DNA from: an uncultured Gemmatimonadales bacterium
GTDB lineage: Bacteria > Gemmatimonadota > Gemmatimonadetes > Gemmatimonadales > GWC2-71-9
DNA: 64,000 nt
Direction of reading: 5' to 3'
Assembly (NCBI GenBank): GCA_963815325.1
Contig: CAWFGG010000002.1
Location: 709,472-773,471 of the forward strand
Positions 25,623 through 35,235 of this stretch are shown here, piece after piece; within the stretch, counting starts at the first letter, position 1, and the number at the start of each line of letters is the position of its first letter. The notes under the pieces were generated by a model. That model had not been told where the DNA came from and did not search any database. It saw only the letters and a program-made list of their open reading frames with translations. The translations under genes were made by a program, and so were the position numbers.

Positions 25623-26539
25623 GACGCGCCCTCCGCGAGCGCCAGGGCAAACCACTCCTTGGCGTCGGTCTTCCACTTGGTCAGCCGCAGGCCGGCGGCC
25701 TCGAGGAGGGCTGCGATGCTCTCCCGGTCGTACTTGCAGCTGATCTCGGTCCGGAGCGGCTCATTCTGTTTGAATCGGATCGCCCCGACGCCGGGAATCG
25801 TCACGCGTTGCTCCCGGAGGGAGTCCAGGTACATCTCGATCCGGTGCGCATTCACGTTGTAGACGGCGCGGTGCCGGAACTGCTCGAGATCGAAATCCGC
25901 ACCGAGCATGCGGTTGAGCACGCGCAGCACATTGCGATTGAACTCGGCGGTCACTCCTTCCGCATCGTTGTACGCGGCCTCCAGTACGCTCGAGTCCTTG
26001 CGCAGGTCGATGCCGAGGAGGAAGTAGTCGCCGCGATTCATGGCGGCGTGAACCCGCCGGAGCAGCGCTGTGGCCTTCTTCGGGCGGAAGTTGCCGATCG
26101 TGCTTCCGAGGAAGGCAAACAGGCGCGGCGCGGGAAGCGCGGTCGGGAGCACCAGCGGATCGGCCAGGTCCGCCACGGTTGGAAGCACCTTGAGTCCTGA
26201 GTATTCCAGCCGGAGGCGGTCGGCGGAGGCCTCGAGAAACTCGGCGCTCACGTCGATCGGTAGGTAGACAATCGGCGAGTGATCGGCCAGCATCGCATCG
26301 AGGATCGCGCGTGCCTTCTCGCCGCTGCCCGCTCCTAACTCCACCAACGTGCGGACGCCAAGGTGGGGAATGAGCTCAGGCATCCAGGTATCGAGGATTT
26401 CACGTTCGGTCCGGGTGGGATAGTACTCGGGTAGCTCGGTGATCCGTTCGAAGAGCTCGGACCCGCGGTGATCGTAGAAATATTTGGGCGGAATTTCTTT
26501 TGGCGAACGGGCGAGACCTGCCCGGATTTCCTCCGCCAT
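25619..26539 (-). CDS. egtD: L-histidine N-alpha-methyltransferase
   Basis: Start at 'MAEEIRAGL' within track ORF 25619-26803. 'IPPKYFYDHRGSELFERITELPEYYPTRTE', 'LVELGAGSGEK', 'FLGSTIGNF'. Confidence 0.9.
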   Translation of the reverse strand: MAEEIRAGLARSPKEIPPKYFYDHRGSELFERITELPEYYPTRTEREILDTWMPELIPHLGVRTLVELGAGSGEKARAILDAMLADHSPIVYLPIDVSAEFLEASADRLRLEYSGLKVLPTVADLADPLVLPTALPAPRLFAFLGSTIGNFRPKKATALLRRVHAAMNRGDYFLLGIDLRKDSSVLEAAYNDAEGVTAEFNRNVLRVLNRMLGADFDLEQFRHRAVYNVNAHRIEMYLDSLREQRVTIPGVGAIRFKQNEPLRTEISCKYDRESIAALLEAAGLRLTKWKTDAKEWFALALAEGAS

Positions 26540-26579
26540 GGAGGAGCCGATCGCCGCACGTCGGGAGGTGCCGGAACGG

Positions 26580-27887
26580 CTAGGCATCGGCCGCACAGCG
26601 GAAGCCACTGAAGATCTGCCGCCGGATGGGGTAGTCCCAGTTCCGGAAGGTGCTCCGGATGGCGCCGGCGCGCGTGGCCCAGGAGCCGCCGCGCAGCACC
26701 TTGTACTCCGACCCGAAGAACACCTCGGAATACTCCGGATAGGGATACGGCTGAAAGCCTGGATAGCCGCGGAAGTCGCTGCTGGTCCACTCCCACACGT
26801 CACCGATCATGCCATAGCACCCCAGCGGTGAGACATTCCGAGCGAACGAGCCGATCACGGCGGTGTCGAAGGCCGATTGGTCGACGTTGGCCAGGTCGGG
26901 AGTTGGGGGCGCCTCGCCCCAGGGAAACGCCGCGGCTCGTCCCGTTGCCGGATCCCACGTGGCGGCAACCTCCCACTCGATTTCGGTCGGCAACCGCTTG
27001 CCTGCCCACCGCGCATAGGCCTCCGCCTCATGGTAACACACATGGCACACCGGTTTGTTCCCCTCGATCGGCCCGGTGGCGTCCATGACCCGGGTGTGCC
27101 ACGCTCCATCCCGCTGGAACCAGTACTTCGGGGCGTTGACGTCGGATTCCGTCCGCCAACGCCAGCCCTCGGGAGACCACAGCTCCGGGCTGTCGTAGCC
27201 GCCCGCCGCCATGAACTCCAGGTACTCGCCGTTCATCACCGGCGTGCGATCGATGCCAAACGGCCGGAGTTGCTCGTGGTGCCGGGGACGCTCGTTATCG
27301 TACGCGGCGCGCCGGTCTTCGGTCCCGATTGAAACGTCACCGCCATCGAAGCGTGCTATACCGCTCGGCTCCAACTTTGGAGCGGGGAGAACACGCCGCC
27401 CAACCGGGTGATACGGCTCACCCTGCTTCAGCTGGAGCGTCTGCAGGATGGTCTCATTGTGCTGGTACTCGTGCTGGAGCACCATGTGATACACATACCC
27501 GTTGCGCAGCAACGGGTGAGCCGACCCGAGATCCGCCCGGGCGAGACGGTCCAGCACCCGATGGCGGATGTCGGCCATGCGCCGGATGATCTCCGCGAGG
27601 TCGGGCAGTTTCAGCGACGCGCGCTCGCTCCGCGGGTGTTCCATGGGGTTGAACAGCCCGGGCATCTCCACGAACTTGATGTCACCGTCCACATTCCGGG
27701 TCAGCCACAGCTCCTCGAAATGCGAGATGTGGCCGAGGTCCCAGAGGATCGGGCTCATGAGCGGGTCGTGCTGGATGCTGAGATCCTCGCGTGTGAGCGG
27801 GCGGATCAGCTCGAGCGTGCGGGCGCGCGCCTCGCCCAGCCGTTCGGCGATGTGCTCGTTGAGTGAGGAAGTCGTGCTGAGGGACAT
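26580..27887 (-). CDS. egtB: hercynine oxygenase / sulfoxide synthase (DinB_2 + FGE-sulfatase fold)
   Basis: Start at 'MSLSTTSSLNEHI' within track ORF 26580-28016. 'SPILWDLGHISHFEELW', 'NVWEWTSSDF', 'KVLRGGSWAT'. Confidence 0.9.
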   Translation of the reverse strand: MSLSTTSSLNEHIAERLGEARARTLELIRPLTREDLSIQHDPLMSPILWDLGHISHFEELWLTRNVDGDIKFVEMPGLFNPMEHPRSERASLKLPDLAEIIRRMADIRHRVLDRLARADLGSAHPLLRNGYVYHMVLQHEYQHNETILQTLQLKQGEPYHPVGRRVLPAPKLEPSGIARFDGGDVSIGTEDRRAAYDNERPRHHEQLRPFGIDRTPVMNGEYLEFMAAGGYDSPELWSPEGWRWRTESDVNAPKYWFQRDGAWHTRVMDATGPIEGNKPVCHVCYHEAEAYARWAGKRLPTEIEWEVAATWDPATGRAAAFPWGEAPPTPDLANVDQSAFDTAVIGSFARNVSPLGCYGMIGDVWEWTSSDFRGYPGFQPYPYPEYSEVFFGSEYKVLRGGSWATRAGAIRSTFRNWDYPIRRQIFSGFRCAADA

Positions 27888-28110
27888 CGGGGATGGAACT
27901 CCGCGCTGAGCCGGAAGTCTAGGGAATCTGGCCGGCTGCGTCGGATGTGCAAGGCCGGTGCACGGTGTGAGGGGCACGTCCATGACACCGTGAGCCACGA
28001 CTGCGGCGGCACCCACCGCGAACGTATCCAGAATCGGTGCCGGCGGTTATGATGATGGGAGTCCCTGCCCATTGCCTCTCAGCCGGAGTCCAGGCCACCA
28101 GGAGTCCAGC

Positions 28111-29742
28111 ATGATACGCCGAGATTTTCTCCATCGAGGCACCGTTGCTGCCGGCATCCTCGGCATCCATCCATGGGGTAGACGGCTTGGCGACTGGGTT
28201 GGAGCACTCACCCCGATTCCGACCGCCGACAAGAAGCGCCTCGCCGATGTGGCCCTCGAGGCCGCCCGCTCGGCCGGGGCGAGCTATACGGACGTGCGCA
28301 TCGGCCGATACCTGAACGAGTCGCTGAGCGCCAGGGAAACCAACATTCAGAGCATAACCACCAGCGAGTCCTATGGCGCCGGCATTCGCGTCATTGCGGA
28401 CGGTACCTGGGGGTTTGCCGCTACCAATGATGTGACGGAAGACGGAATGGCCGCGGCCGCGCGTCAGGCGGCCGCGATGGCCAAGGCCAATGCGCCACTT
28501 CAATCCGAACCAGTCAGGTTGGCCCCCCAACGCGGCTTCGGCGAGGTATCGTGGCGCACGCCCATCGAGACCAATGCCTTCGAGGTGCCGATCGGGGAGA
28601 AGGTCGACCTCCTGCTCGAGACCAACAATGCGGCGCTGTCCGCCGGAGCGAGCTATATCAGCTCGGCGCTCTATTTCGTCAATGAGCAGAAATACTTCGC
28701 CTCGAGCGACGGATCGTACATCGACCAGGACGTCCACCGTCTTCGACCAGGCTTCACGGTCACGGTGGTGGATCCCGAGTCTGGTCGCTTCGAGACCCGT
28801 GAATCCCTTAGCTCACCCATGGGGATGGGCTACGAGTACCTCTCCGGGAGAGCGAGCGGTAAGATCGCGGGGCCGGCCACCACGGTCTACGGCCAGTATT
28901 ACGACATGATCGAGGACGCCAGGAACGCGGCAGTCGAGGCCCGCGCGAAACACGACGCGACCTCCGTCGCGGCCGGGACATACGACCTCGTGCTCGACCC
29001 CAGTCATCTCTGGCTCACCATCCACGAATCGGTGGGCCACCCGTTGGAGCTCGATCGCGTGCTCGGCTATGAGGCGAATTACGCCGGGACCAGCTTCGCC
29101 AGTCTCGACAAGTGGCGGAGCGAGAGTTTCCAGTATGGCAGCCCGATCGTGAATTTTGTCGCCGACAAGACCCAGGCCACGTCGCTTGCCGCGGTGGGGT
29201 ACGACGACGAGGGCGTCCAAACCAAGCAGTGGGATCTGGTCCGGAATGGCATCCTGGTCAATTACCAAGCGACCCGTGATCAGGTGCACGTCCTCGGTGA
29301 GGCCGAAGGACAGGGATGCTCGTTTGCCGACCATTGGAGCACGATCCAGTTCCAGCGCATGCCCAACGTCTCGCTCGAGCCCGGCACGGCCCCGCTGACC
29401 GTCGCGGAGATGATCGCCGGCGTGGAGAAGGGCATCTATATCCTGGGTGACGGTTCCTACTCCATCGACCAGCAACGCTACAATTTCCAGTTTGGTGGCC
29501 AGCTGTTTTATGAAATTCGGAACGGCCGCATTGCCGGCATGCTCAAGGACGTCGCCTACCAAGCGAACACCCAGACGTTCTGGAACTCCTGCAGCCGGAT
29601 CTGCGATCAGCGCGATTATCGGCTGGGCGGGTCGTTCTTCGACGGGAAGGGCCAGCCCGGCCAGGTCAGCGCCGTCTCCCACGGGACGTCGACCGCGCGG
29701 TTCGATGCCGTCAATGTGCTGAATACGGCCCGAAAGGTCTGA
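28111..29742 (+). CDS. TldD-family metalloprotease with a twin-arginine (Tat) signal
   Basis: 'MIRRDFLHRGTVAAGILGI' matches the Tat consensus. TldD blocks 'SYGAGIRVIADGTWGFAAT' and 'HESVGHPLELD' (HExxxH). Confidence 0.85.
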   Translation: MIRRDFLHRGTVAAGILGIHPWGRRLGDWVGALTPIPTADKKRLADVALEAARSAGASYTDVRIGRYLNESLSARETNIQSITTSESYGAGIRVIADGTWGFAATNDVTEDGMAAAARQAAAMAKANAPLQSEPVRLAPQRGFGEVSWRTPIETNAFEVPIGEKVDLLLETNNAALSAGASYISSALYFVNEQKYFASSDGSYIDQDVHRLRPGFTVTVVDPESGRFETRESLSSPMGMGYEYLSGRASGKIAGPATTVYGQYYDMIEDARNAAVEARAKHDATSVAAGTYDLVLDPSHLWLTIHESVGHPLELDRVLGYEANYAGTSFASLDKWRSESFQYGSPIVNFVADKTQATSLAAVGYDDEGVQTKQWDLVRNGILVNYQATRDQVHVLGEAEGQGCSFADHWSTIQFQRMPNVSLEPGTAPLTVAEMIAGVEKGIYILGDGSYSIDQQRYNFQFGGQLFYEIRNGRIAGMLKDVAYQANTQTFWNSCSRICDQRDYRLGGSFFDGKGQPGQVSAVSHGTSTARFDAVNVLNTARKV

Positions 29743-29744
29743 CC

Positions 29745-31061
29745 ATGACACTCATTTCCGAACGCGACGCGCGGCGTCTGCTCGAACGGGTCCTGGCGTT
29801 CTCGCGCGCCGATTCCTGCGAAGCTCGGGTCACGGGACGCCGTGGCGGTAACATCCGATATGCCAGAAACACCGTGACCACCAGCGGGAGCAGCGACAAC
29901 GCCACTCTCGACGTGACCTCCACCTTCGGCAGGCGAAGCGGCACCGCGTCCATCAACGAGTTCGACGCCGACAGTCTCGAGCGTGCCGTGCGGCGGTCCG
30001 AAGAGTTGGCGCGGCTCGCGCCCGAGAACCCCGAGTTCATGCCGTTCCTGGGCCCCCAATCGTACGTCGACACCTCGCCCTGGGCCGATGCCACGGCGGC
30101 CATCACTCCCGACGTCCGGGCCCGGGCCGCCGGGGCCGGCATCGCGGGTGCCAAGACGAGCGGACTCGCCGCCGCGGGCTTCTGGGAGGATGAAGCGTCG
30201 ACCCGCGCTCTCATGAATACCGCGGGGCTGTTCGCCTACTCCCGGGACACACACGTTGATTTCTCGGTCACGGCCCGCACGCCCGACGGCACCGGATCCG
30301 GCTGGGTGGGCCAGAGCTACAATGACGTCTCCAAGCTCGACGCCGGGCAGGCCTCCGAGATCGCACACCAGAAGGCGATCGCCTCAAAGAACCCCACGAC
30401 GCTCGAGCCAGGGCAGTACACCGCGGTTCTCGAGCCAGCGGCCGCGGCGCCACTGGTCGGCAACCTGCTCTACAACATGGACGCGCGGCAAGCGGACGAA
30501 GGCCGGAGCTTCTTGTCGATGCCGGGCGGTGGGACCAAACTCGGCGAACGGGTCCTGGGAACGGACATCACCATCGCGTCCGATCCCACCCACCCCGACG
30601 TGCCCACGGCGGCATGGGCGTCCGACGGCCGGCCCCTCCAGCCCATCACCTGGATCAATCGCGGCGTGGTCGAGTCGCTGTTCTCTTCCCGGTTCTGGGC
30701 CGACAAGCAGGGCGTCAGCGCCACGCCCCGACCGTCCAACATCATCCTGTCCGGCGGGACGGACTCGCTGGAGGACCTCATCGCCACCACCGAACGGGGC
30801 GTGCTGGTCACGCGGACATGGTACATTCGGACGGTCGATTCGCAGACGCTTCTGTACACCGGGCTCACGCGAGACGGGACGTTCTGGATCGAAGGCGGGG
30901 TGGTGCGCCACGCCATCAGAAACTTCCGGTTCAACGAGAGCCCCATCGCCATGCTCAACAACGTCGAAGCCCTCGGTCGATCCGTCCGGACCGGCCGGCA
31001 TATGATTCCGCCCATGCGGGTAAGCAATTTCACCTTTTCGAGCCTCTCCGATGCCATCTGA
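29745..31061 (+). CDS. PmbA/TldE-family partner protein (no signal peptide)
   Basis: 438 aa, ATG 2 nt after the TldD stop. 'NIRYARNTVTTSG' and 'RGVLVTRTWYIR' are PmbA/TldD-fold blocks. Confidence 0.8.
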   Translation: MTLISERDARRLLERVLAFSRADSCEARVTGRRGGNIRYARNTVTTSGSSDNATLDVTSTFGRRSGTASINEFDADSLERAVRRSEELARLAPENPEFMPFLGPQSYVDTSPWADATAAITPDVRARAAGAGIAGAKTSGLAAAGFWEDEASTRALMNTAGLFAYSRDTHVDFSVTARTPDGTGSGWVGQSYNDVSKLDAGQASEIAHQKAIASKNPTTLEPGQYTAVLEPAAAAPLVGNLLYNMDARQADEGRSFLSMPGGGTKLGERVLGTDITIASDPTHPDVPTAAWASDGRPLQPITWINRGVVESLFSSRFWADKQGVSATPRPSNIILSGGTDSLEDLIATTERGVLVTRTWYIRTVDSQTLLYTGLTRDGTFWIEGGVVRHAIRNFRFNESPIAMLNNVEALGRSVRTGRHMIPPMRVSNFTFSSLSDAI

Positions 31062-31593
31062 TATGAACCGACTGCGCTGCGCGATCTCCTGGGCCGTCCT
31101 GCTAAGCCTCACGGTCCTCGTCACCACCAATCTGACCGCGCAGGCGCGCCGGGGTCGGGCGCCAAATACCTTCGAGCGCACCATCGAGGCCGGCATCCGA
31201 ACCGGGTATGACTTCGACACCAAGGACTGGGCGCTCGGCCTTCAGGTCCGACTGCCAGTCGCCAGTATCATCGAGCTCATCCCGAGCGGTGATTATTTCC
31301 TGGTAGACAACGGCAGCAGCTTCCAGGTCAACGCCGATCTCGCCGTGCCTCTCGCACCCCGCGGGGCACTCTACGGCGGTGCCGGTGGCGGATTCTTCGT
31401 GCGCGACCCGGGGCTCCCCGGAGTCGATACCCGGACGAAGCTGGGGCTCAACCTGTTCGTGGGGCTCGAGCCTGGACGGCTCCGGCAGTCCCGGCTTCGC
31501 TGGTTCGCCGAGGCACGCTGGTTCGTGATCGAGGGGGATAACCTGTTTCGCCTGGCGGTCGGGGTGAACTTCCCGTTGGGCGGGCGGCGCTAA
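31051..31593 (+). CDS. small secreted probable beta-barrel protein
   Basis: 180 aa, overlaps the PmbA end by 11 nt. Signal 'AISWAVLLSLTVLVTTNLTAQA'. Alternating-hydrophobic strands ending 'FRLAVGVNFPL'. Confidence 0.55.
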   Translation: MPSDMNRLRCAISWAVLLSLTVLVTTNLTAQARRGRAPNTFERTIEAGIRTGYDFDTKDWALGLQVRLPVASIIELIPSGDYFLVDNGSSFQVNADLAVPLAPRGALYGGAGGGFFVRDPGLPGVDTRTKLGLNLFVGLEPGRLRQSRLRWFAEARWFVIEGDNLFRLAVGVNFPLGGRR

Positions 31594-31631
31594 TCCTCCA
31601 GCGACCCCCTGGGTCGGCCCTCGCCGGCTCG

Positions 31632-33740
31632 TTAGGGAATGGCGATCATCACGCGCCCATCAACGGCCGTGACCCCGTCCGCAAAGGCCAGGAGCGGGTT
31701 GATGTCCAGCTCACGGATCTCCTTGTTGTCGACCGCCAGCTGGGAGACACGAAGCAGCACCTCCTCTAACGCGGCGAGGTTGGCGGGGGCCTGCCCGCGA
31801 ATGCCCGTCAGAATCTTGAATCCGCGGAGCCCGCGCACCATGTCGCAGGCGTCGTTTTGTGACAGCGGGGCAATCCGGAACAGGACGTCCTGAACCGCCT
31901 CCACCAGCACTCCACCCAAACCGAACATCACCATCGGTCCGAACGAAGCGTCGCGGGTCGCGCCGACGATGGTCTCCCGCCCACCCTTCACCATGCGCTG
32001 CACCAACACGCCGCTGATCGTCGCGTCGGGACTGGTGGCCCGTACACTTGCGACGATCTGATCGAAGGCCTCGCGTACCTCGTGCGCCTCATCGCACCCG
32101 AGCACCACACCACCCACGTCGGTCTTATGGATGATTTCCGGTGATACGATCTTCAGGGCCACCGGGTACCCGAGCTCCTCGGCGATGGCCGCCGCCTGTG
32201 GGGCGCTGCTGGCAAGCCGCGCCGGCGCCACGGGAATACCATAGGCATCGAAGATGTCGAGCGTCTCGATCTCGCTCAGCTTGCTGAGGCCAGCCGCGAC
32301 CGCGCGATCGAGGATGGCGCGCGCCCGAGCCGCGTTCACCGAATAGACCGGCGTCTCGAGCCGAGGACGCTCCTTCCATTCCCGATACCGACAGAGGGTC
32401 GCCAAGGCGCGAGCCGCCGACTCGGGAAAGATGTACGCCGGAATGCCCACCTCGTGAAGCTCGGCCTTGCCCTGGGGAAGCCCCTCACGACCCATGAGGA
32501 CCCCCAGCACCGGCTTGTCCTTGTGGATCAGTCCGATTTCGGCAATGGCTTCGGCCACATCCGCTTGCTTGATGCCGAGGGGAGGCACGAAGATGGCCAT
32601 GGCAGAGTCGATGTTGGGGTCGCTCAGGAGCGCATCGAGTGCCGCCCGATAGCCCGATGGCTTGGCCGAGGCGATCATGTCCAGGGGATTGCCGATGGAG
32701 GCCTCGGCTGGAAAATGCGGCCGGAGCCGCTCGAGCGTCTCGAGCTGGAGGCGGGGAAGCTCGAGCCCGTTCATCACCAGCGCGTCAGCGGCGAGAATGC
32801 CCGGCCCGCCGGAATTGGTCATCACAGCGGTACGCCGGGACTTCGGCAGCGGCTGGCCGCTGAAAGCCATGGCGATATCGAAGACCTCTTCCACCGAGCC
32901 CGCGCGGATGACCCCCGCCTGCTGCATCAGGGCGTCCACCGCCGTATCGCTCGCCGCCAGGGCGCCCGTGTGCGAGGACGCCGCCTGGGCGCCAACCGCC
33001 GACCGGCCGGACTTCACCACGATGATGGGCTTGTGTTTGGAAATTCGCGTGGCGATCTCGAGGAAATTCCGCGGATTGCCGAAGTTCTCGACGTACATCA
33101 AGATGGTATCGACCGTGTCGTCATGCTCCCATTGCAGGAGCAAGTCGTTGCCGCTCACATCCGGCTTGTTCCCCATCGACACAAATTGCGAGATCCCGAT
33201 GCCGTACTCGCTCGCGTAGTCGAGGACGCTCAGCCCCATCGCGCCGGACTGCGACACGAACGCCAACCGGCCGAACGGCGGCCAGCTCGGCGCAAACGTG
33301 GCATTCATGGAGAATTCCGGGTTCGCGTTCAGGACGCCCATGCAGTTCGGACCGATCATGCGCATTCCGTACCGCCGAATGACCTTCACCAGTTCCCGCT
33401 CGCGCTCGGCGCCCTCGGTCCCCACCTCCCGGAACCCGGCCGAGATGACCACCAACCCCTTCACCCCGTTCTGGCCGCATTCTTCGGCTGCGGGGATCAC
33501 GGCCTGTTTGGGGACCACGATGATGGCCAGATCCACCGGTTCCGGCACGGCGCCTATGCTCGGATAGGCCCGGACCGAATGGATGGCGTGCGCGTGGGGA
33601 TTGACCGGATACACCGCTCCCGTGAAGCCGCGGCTGATCAGGTTGGCCAGAATCTCGTGGCCGATGGTGTAGCGAGACCGGGAGGCACCGATCACCGCGA
33701 TGGTCTTGGGCTTGAGGATGGGGTCGAGGGCGTTTGCCAT
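31632..33740 (-). CDS. ADP-forming acetyl/acyl-CoA synthetase (fused alpha/beta, NDP-forming)
   Basis: Roughly 700 aa. 'IAVIGASRSRYTIGH', 'GPNCMGV', 'SQSGAMG' and a C-terminal ATP-grasp_5-like region. ATG 33740 preferred over TTG 33749. Confidence 0.85.
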   Translation of the reverse strand: MANALDPILKPKTIAVIGASRSRYTIGHEILANLISRGFTGAVYPVNPHAHAIHSVRAYPSIGAVPEPVDLAIIVVPKQAVIPAAEECGQNGVKGLVVISAGFREVGTEGAERERELVKVIRRYGMRMIGPNCMGVLNANPEFSMNATFAPSWPPFGRLAFVSQSGAMGLSVLDYASEYGIGISQFVSMGNKPDVSGNDLLLQWEHDDTVDTILMYVENFGNPRNFLEIATRISKHKPIIVVKSGRSAVGAQAASSHTGALAASDTAVDALMQQAGVIRAGSVEEVFDIAMAFSGQPLPKSRRTAVMTNSGGPGILAADALVMNGLELPRLQLETLERLRPHFPAEASIGNPLDMIASAKPSGYRAALDALLSDPNIDSAMAIFVPPLGIKQADVAEAIAEIGLIHKDKPVLGVLMGREGLPQGKAELHEVGIPAYIFPESAARALATLCRYREWKERPRLETPVYSVNAARARAILDRAVAAGLSKLSEIETLDIFDAYGIPVAPARLASSAPQAAAIAEELGYPVALKIVSPEIIHKTDVGGVVLGCDEAHEVREAFDQIVASVRATSPDATISGVLVQRMVKGGRETIVGATRDASFGPMVMFGLGGVLVEAVQDVLFRIAPLSQNDACDMVRGLRGFKILTGIRGQAPANLAALEEVLLRVSQLAVDNKEIRELDINPLLAFADGVTAVDGRVMIAIP

Positions 33741-33999
33741 GGACGGCAAAATAACACGTCTTGGGTGTCAATTCCTGGTGCACCATGTGGAGATGAAGGC
33801 CGCTTGCTGTCCCGCGGGTCGCCTGGAGCAGGCTCAGGAAGGATTCCTCCACGAGAGACCGCAGCGATCCTCGACCGCACGGGCGACCGTCGAGCTGCGA
33901 CGCTGTTCGCCGGAGGAACATCACCTAGTTTGAGTCAGGTCTACTCCCTGCCTCGCCGCATAGACTGACTGAACTCTGTCTCGAGGTCCTGATGCGCCC

Positions 34000-35229
34000 A
34001 TGCAGCATGGCATTCGTGTGCTCCCCCCTGCTCTGCTGGCAGGATGCAGCGACGCCGGTGGGGCGGCCGCCGCCGCCACCGTCCGCGACAGCGCGGGCGT
34101 GACCATCGTGGAGAACGCCGGCCCCGTGTGGCCCGAGGGCCTGGGTTGGCACGTGGCCGAGGAGCCCGCCTTCGAGATCGGTGGCGAGTTGGACGACCCG
34201 GCCTACGACCTGAATCAAGTACGGGCCGTGCTCCGGCTCAGCGATGGCCGCGTCGTGGTAGCAGACGGGGAGACCCGCGAACTCCGCTTCTTCGATGACG
34301 CCGGCGAGCATCTCACGACGACGGGTCGTCAGGGCGGCGGCCCGGGGGAGTTCCAGAATATCGGCCTGGTGTGGCTCGGCCCGGCGGACACGCTGTGGAT
34401 CTACGACTTCAATTCCCGCCGGCTCTCCACCCTGGACGCCAATGGCGCGTATCTCGATGGCTACGTTCTCAGGCCGCCGGGGCAGTTCCAAGCCGTGGTG
34501 CCGGCGGGGCGGCTGTCCGATGGCCGGCTCGTTGCCCCGGTCTTCGTGTTCGACACCACGGCCAAGTCCGGCGTCTATCGTGACCCGCGGCCTCACGTGG
34601 CTTACCAGGTCGACGGGACCGTGAGCGACACGCTGGGCATGTTCCCCGGCCCCGAGATGTACACCACCACCATGACCTTCAACGACCAGACGTTTCCTCG
34701 GCCGACCCAGCGGCCGTTCGGACTGAACACCCAGGTGACCGTCTTTCAGGATGAGATCTTCGTCGGGACCAACGAGGGCTATGAGATCCAGGTGTATGAC
34801 GCGACGGGAAGCCTCCGGCGAGTGATCCGTGCGGCGCATCCGCGCGAGGCTGTCGGGCCAGATGACGTCGCCGAGTATAAGCGGTTCATGCATGAGCTCA
34901 TCCTCGACAATCAGGGCAACATCCCCGAGCAGGTGCGGGAACAACTGGAGGAACAATTCGAGGATGCCCCCTACCCCGATGCGTTCCCCTATTACAGCGG
35001 CATTCGTACCGATACCGAGGGAAATCTCTGGGTCCAAGCCGGAACCCAGCGTCACCAGCGTGACGTCCACCGCTATACCGTCTTCGATACGACCGGGCAG
35101 GAGCTGGGACCGGTCACCATGCCGGAGCGGTTCATACCCATGCAGATCGGCGGGAGCTTCGTGCTGGGAGTCTGGCGGGACGACGACGACGTGGAATACG
35201 CGCGGCTGTACGACCTGATCAAGGAATAG
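34000..35229 (+). CDS. beta-propeller lipoprotein (6-bladed, NHL/TolB-like), paralog 1
   Basis: Lipobox 'LLAGC'. Repeated 'GxGPGEF' and 'DG...V.D' blade motifs. Confidence 0.7.
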   Translation: MQHGIRVLPPALLAGCSDAGGAAAAATVRDSAGVTIVENAGPVWPEGLGWHVAEEPAFEIGGELDDPAYDLNQVRAVLRLSDGRVVVADGETRELRFFDDAGEHLTTTGRQGGGPGEFQNIGLVWLGPADTLWIYDFNSRRLSTLDANGAYLDGYVLRPPGQFQAVVPAGRLSDGRLVAPVFVFDTTAKSGVYRDPRPHVAYQVDGTVSDTLGMFPGPEMYTTTMTFNDQTFPRPTQRPFGLNTQVTVFQDEIFVGTNEGYEIQVYDATGSLRRVIRAAHPREAVGPDDVAEYKRFMHELILDNQGNIPEQVREQLEEQFEDAPYPDAFPYYSGIRTDTEGNLWVQAGTQRHQRDVHRYTVFDTTGQELGPVTMPERFIPMQIGGSFVLGVWRDDDDVEYARLYDLIKE

Positions 35230-35235
35230 GGAATC

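Noticed and set aside
31632-33740. Protein lysine acetyltransferase (Pat-like) reading of the NDP-forming acyl-CoA synthetase.
   Set aside because: The ORF ends after the ATP-grasp_5-like region with no C-terminal GNAT domain, so it is called a plain ADP-forming acyl-CoA synthetase.
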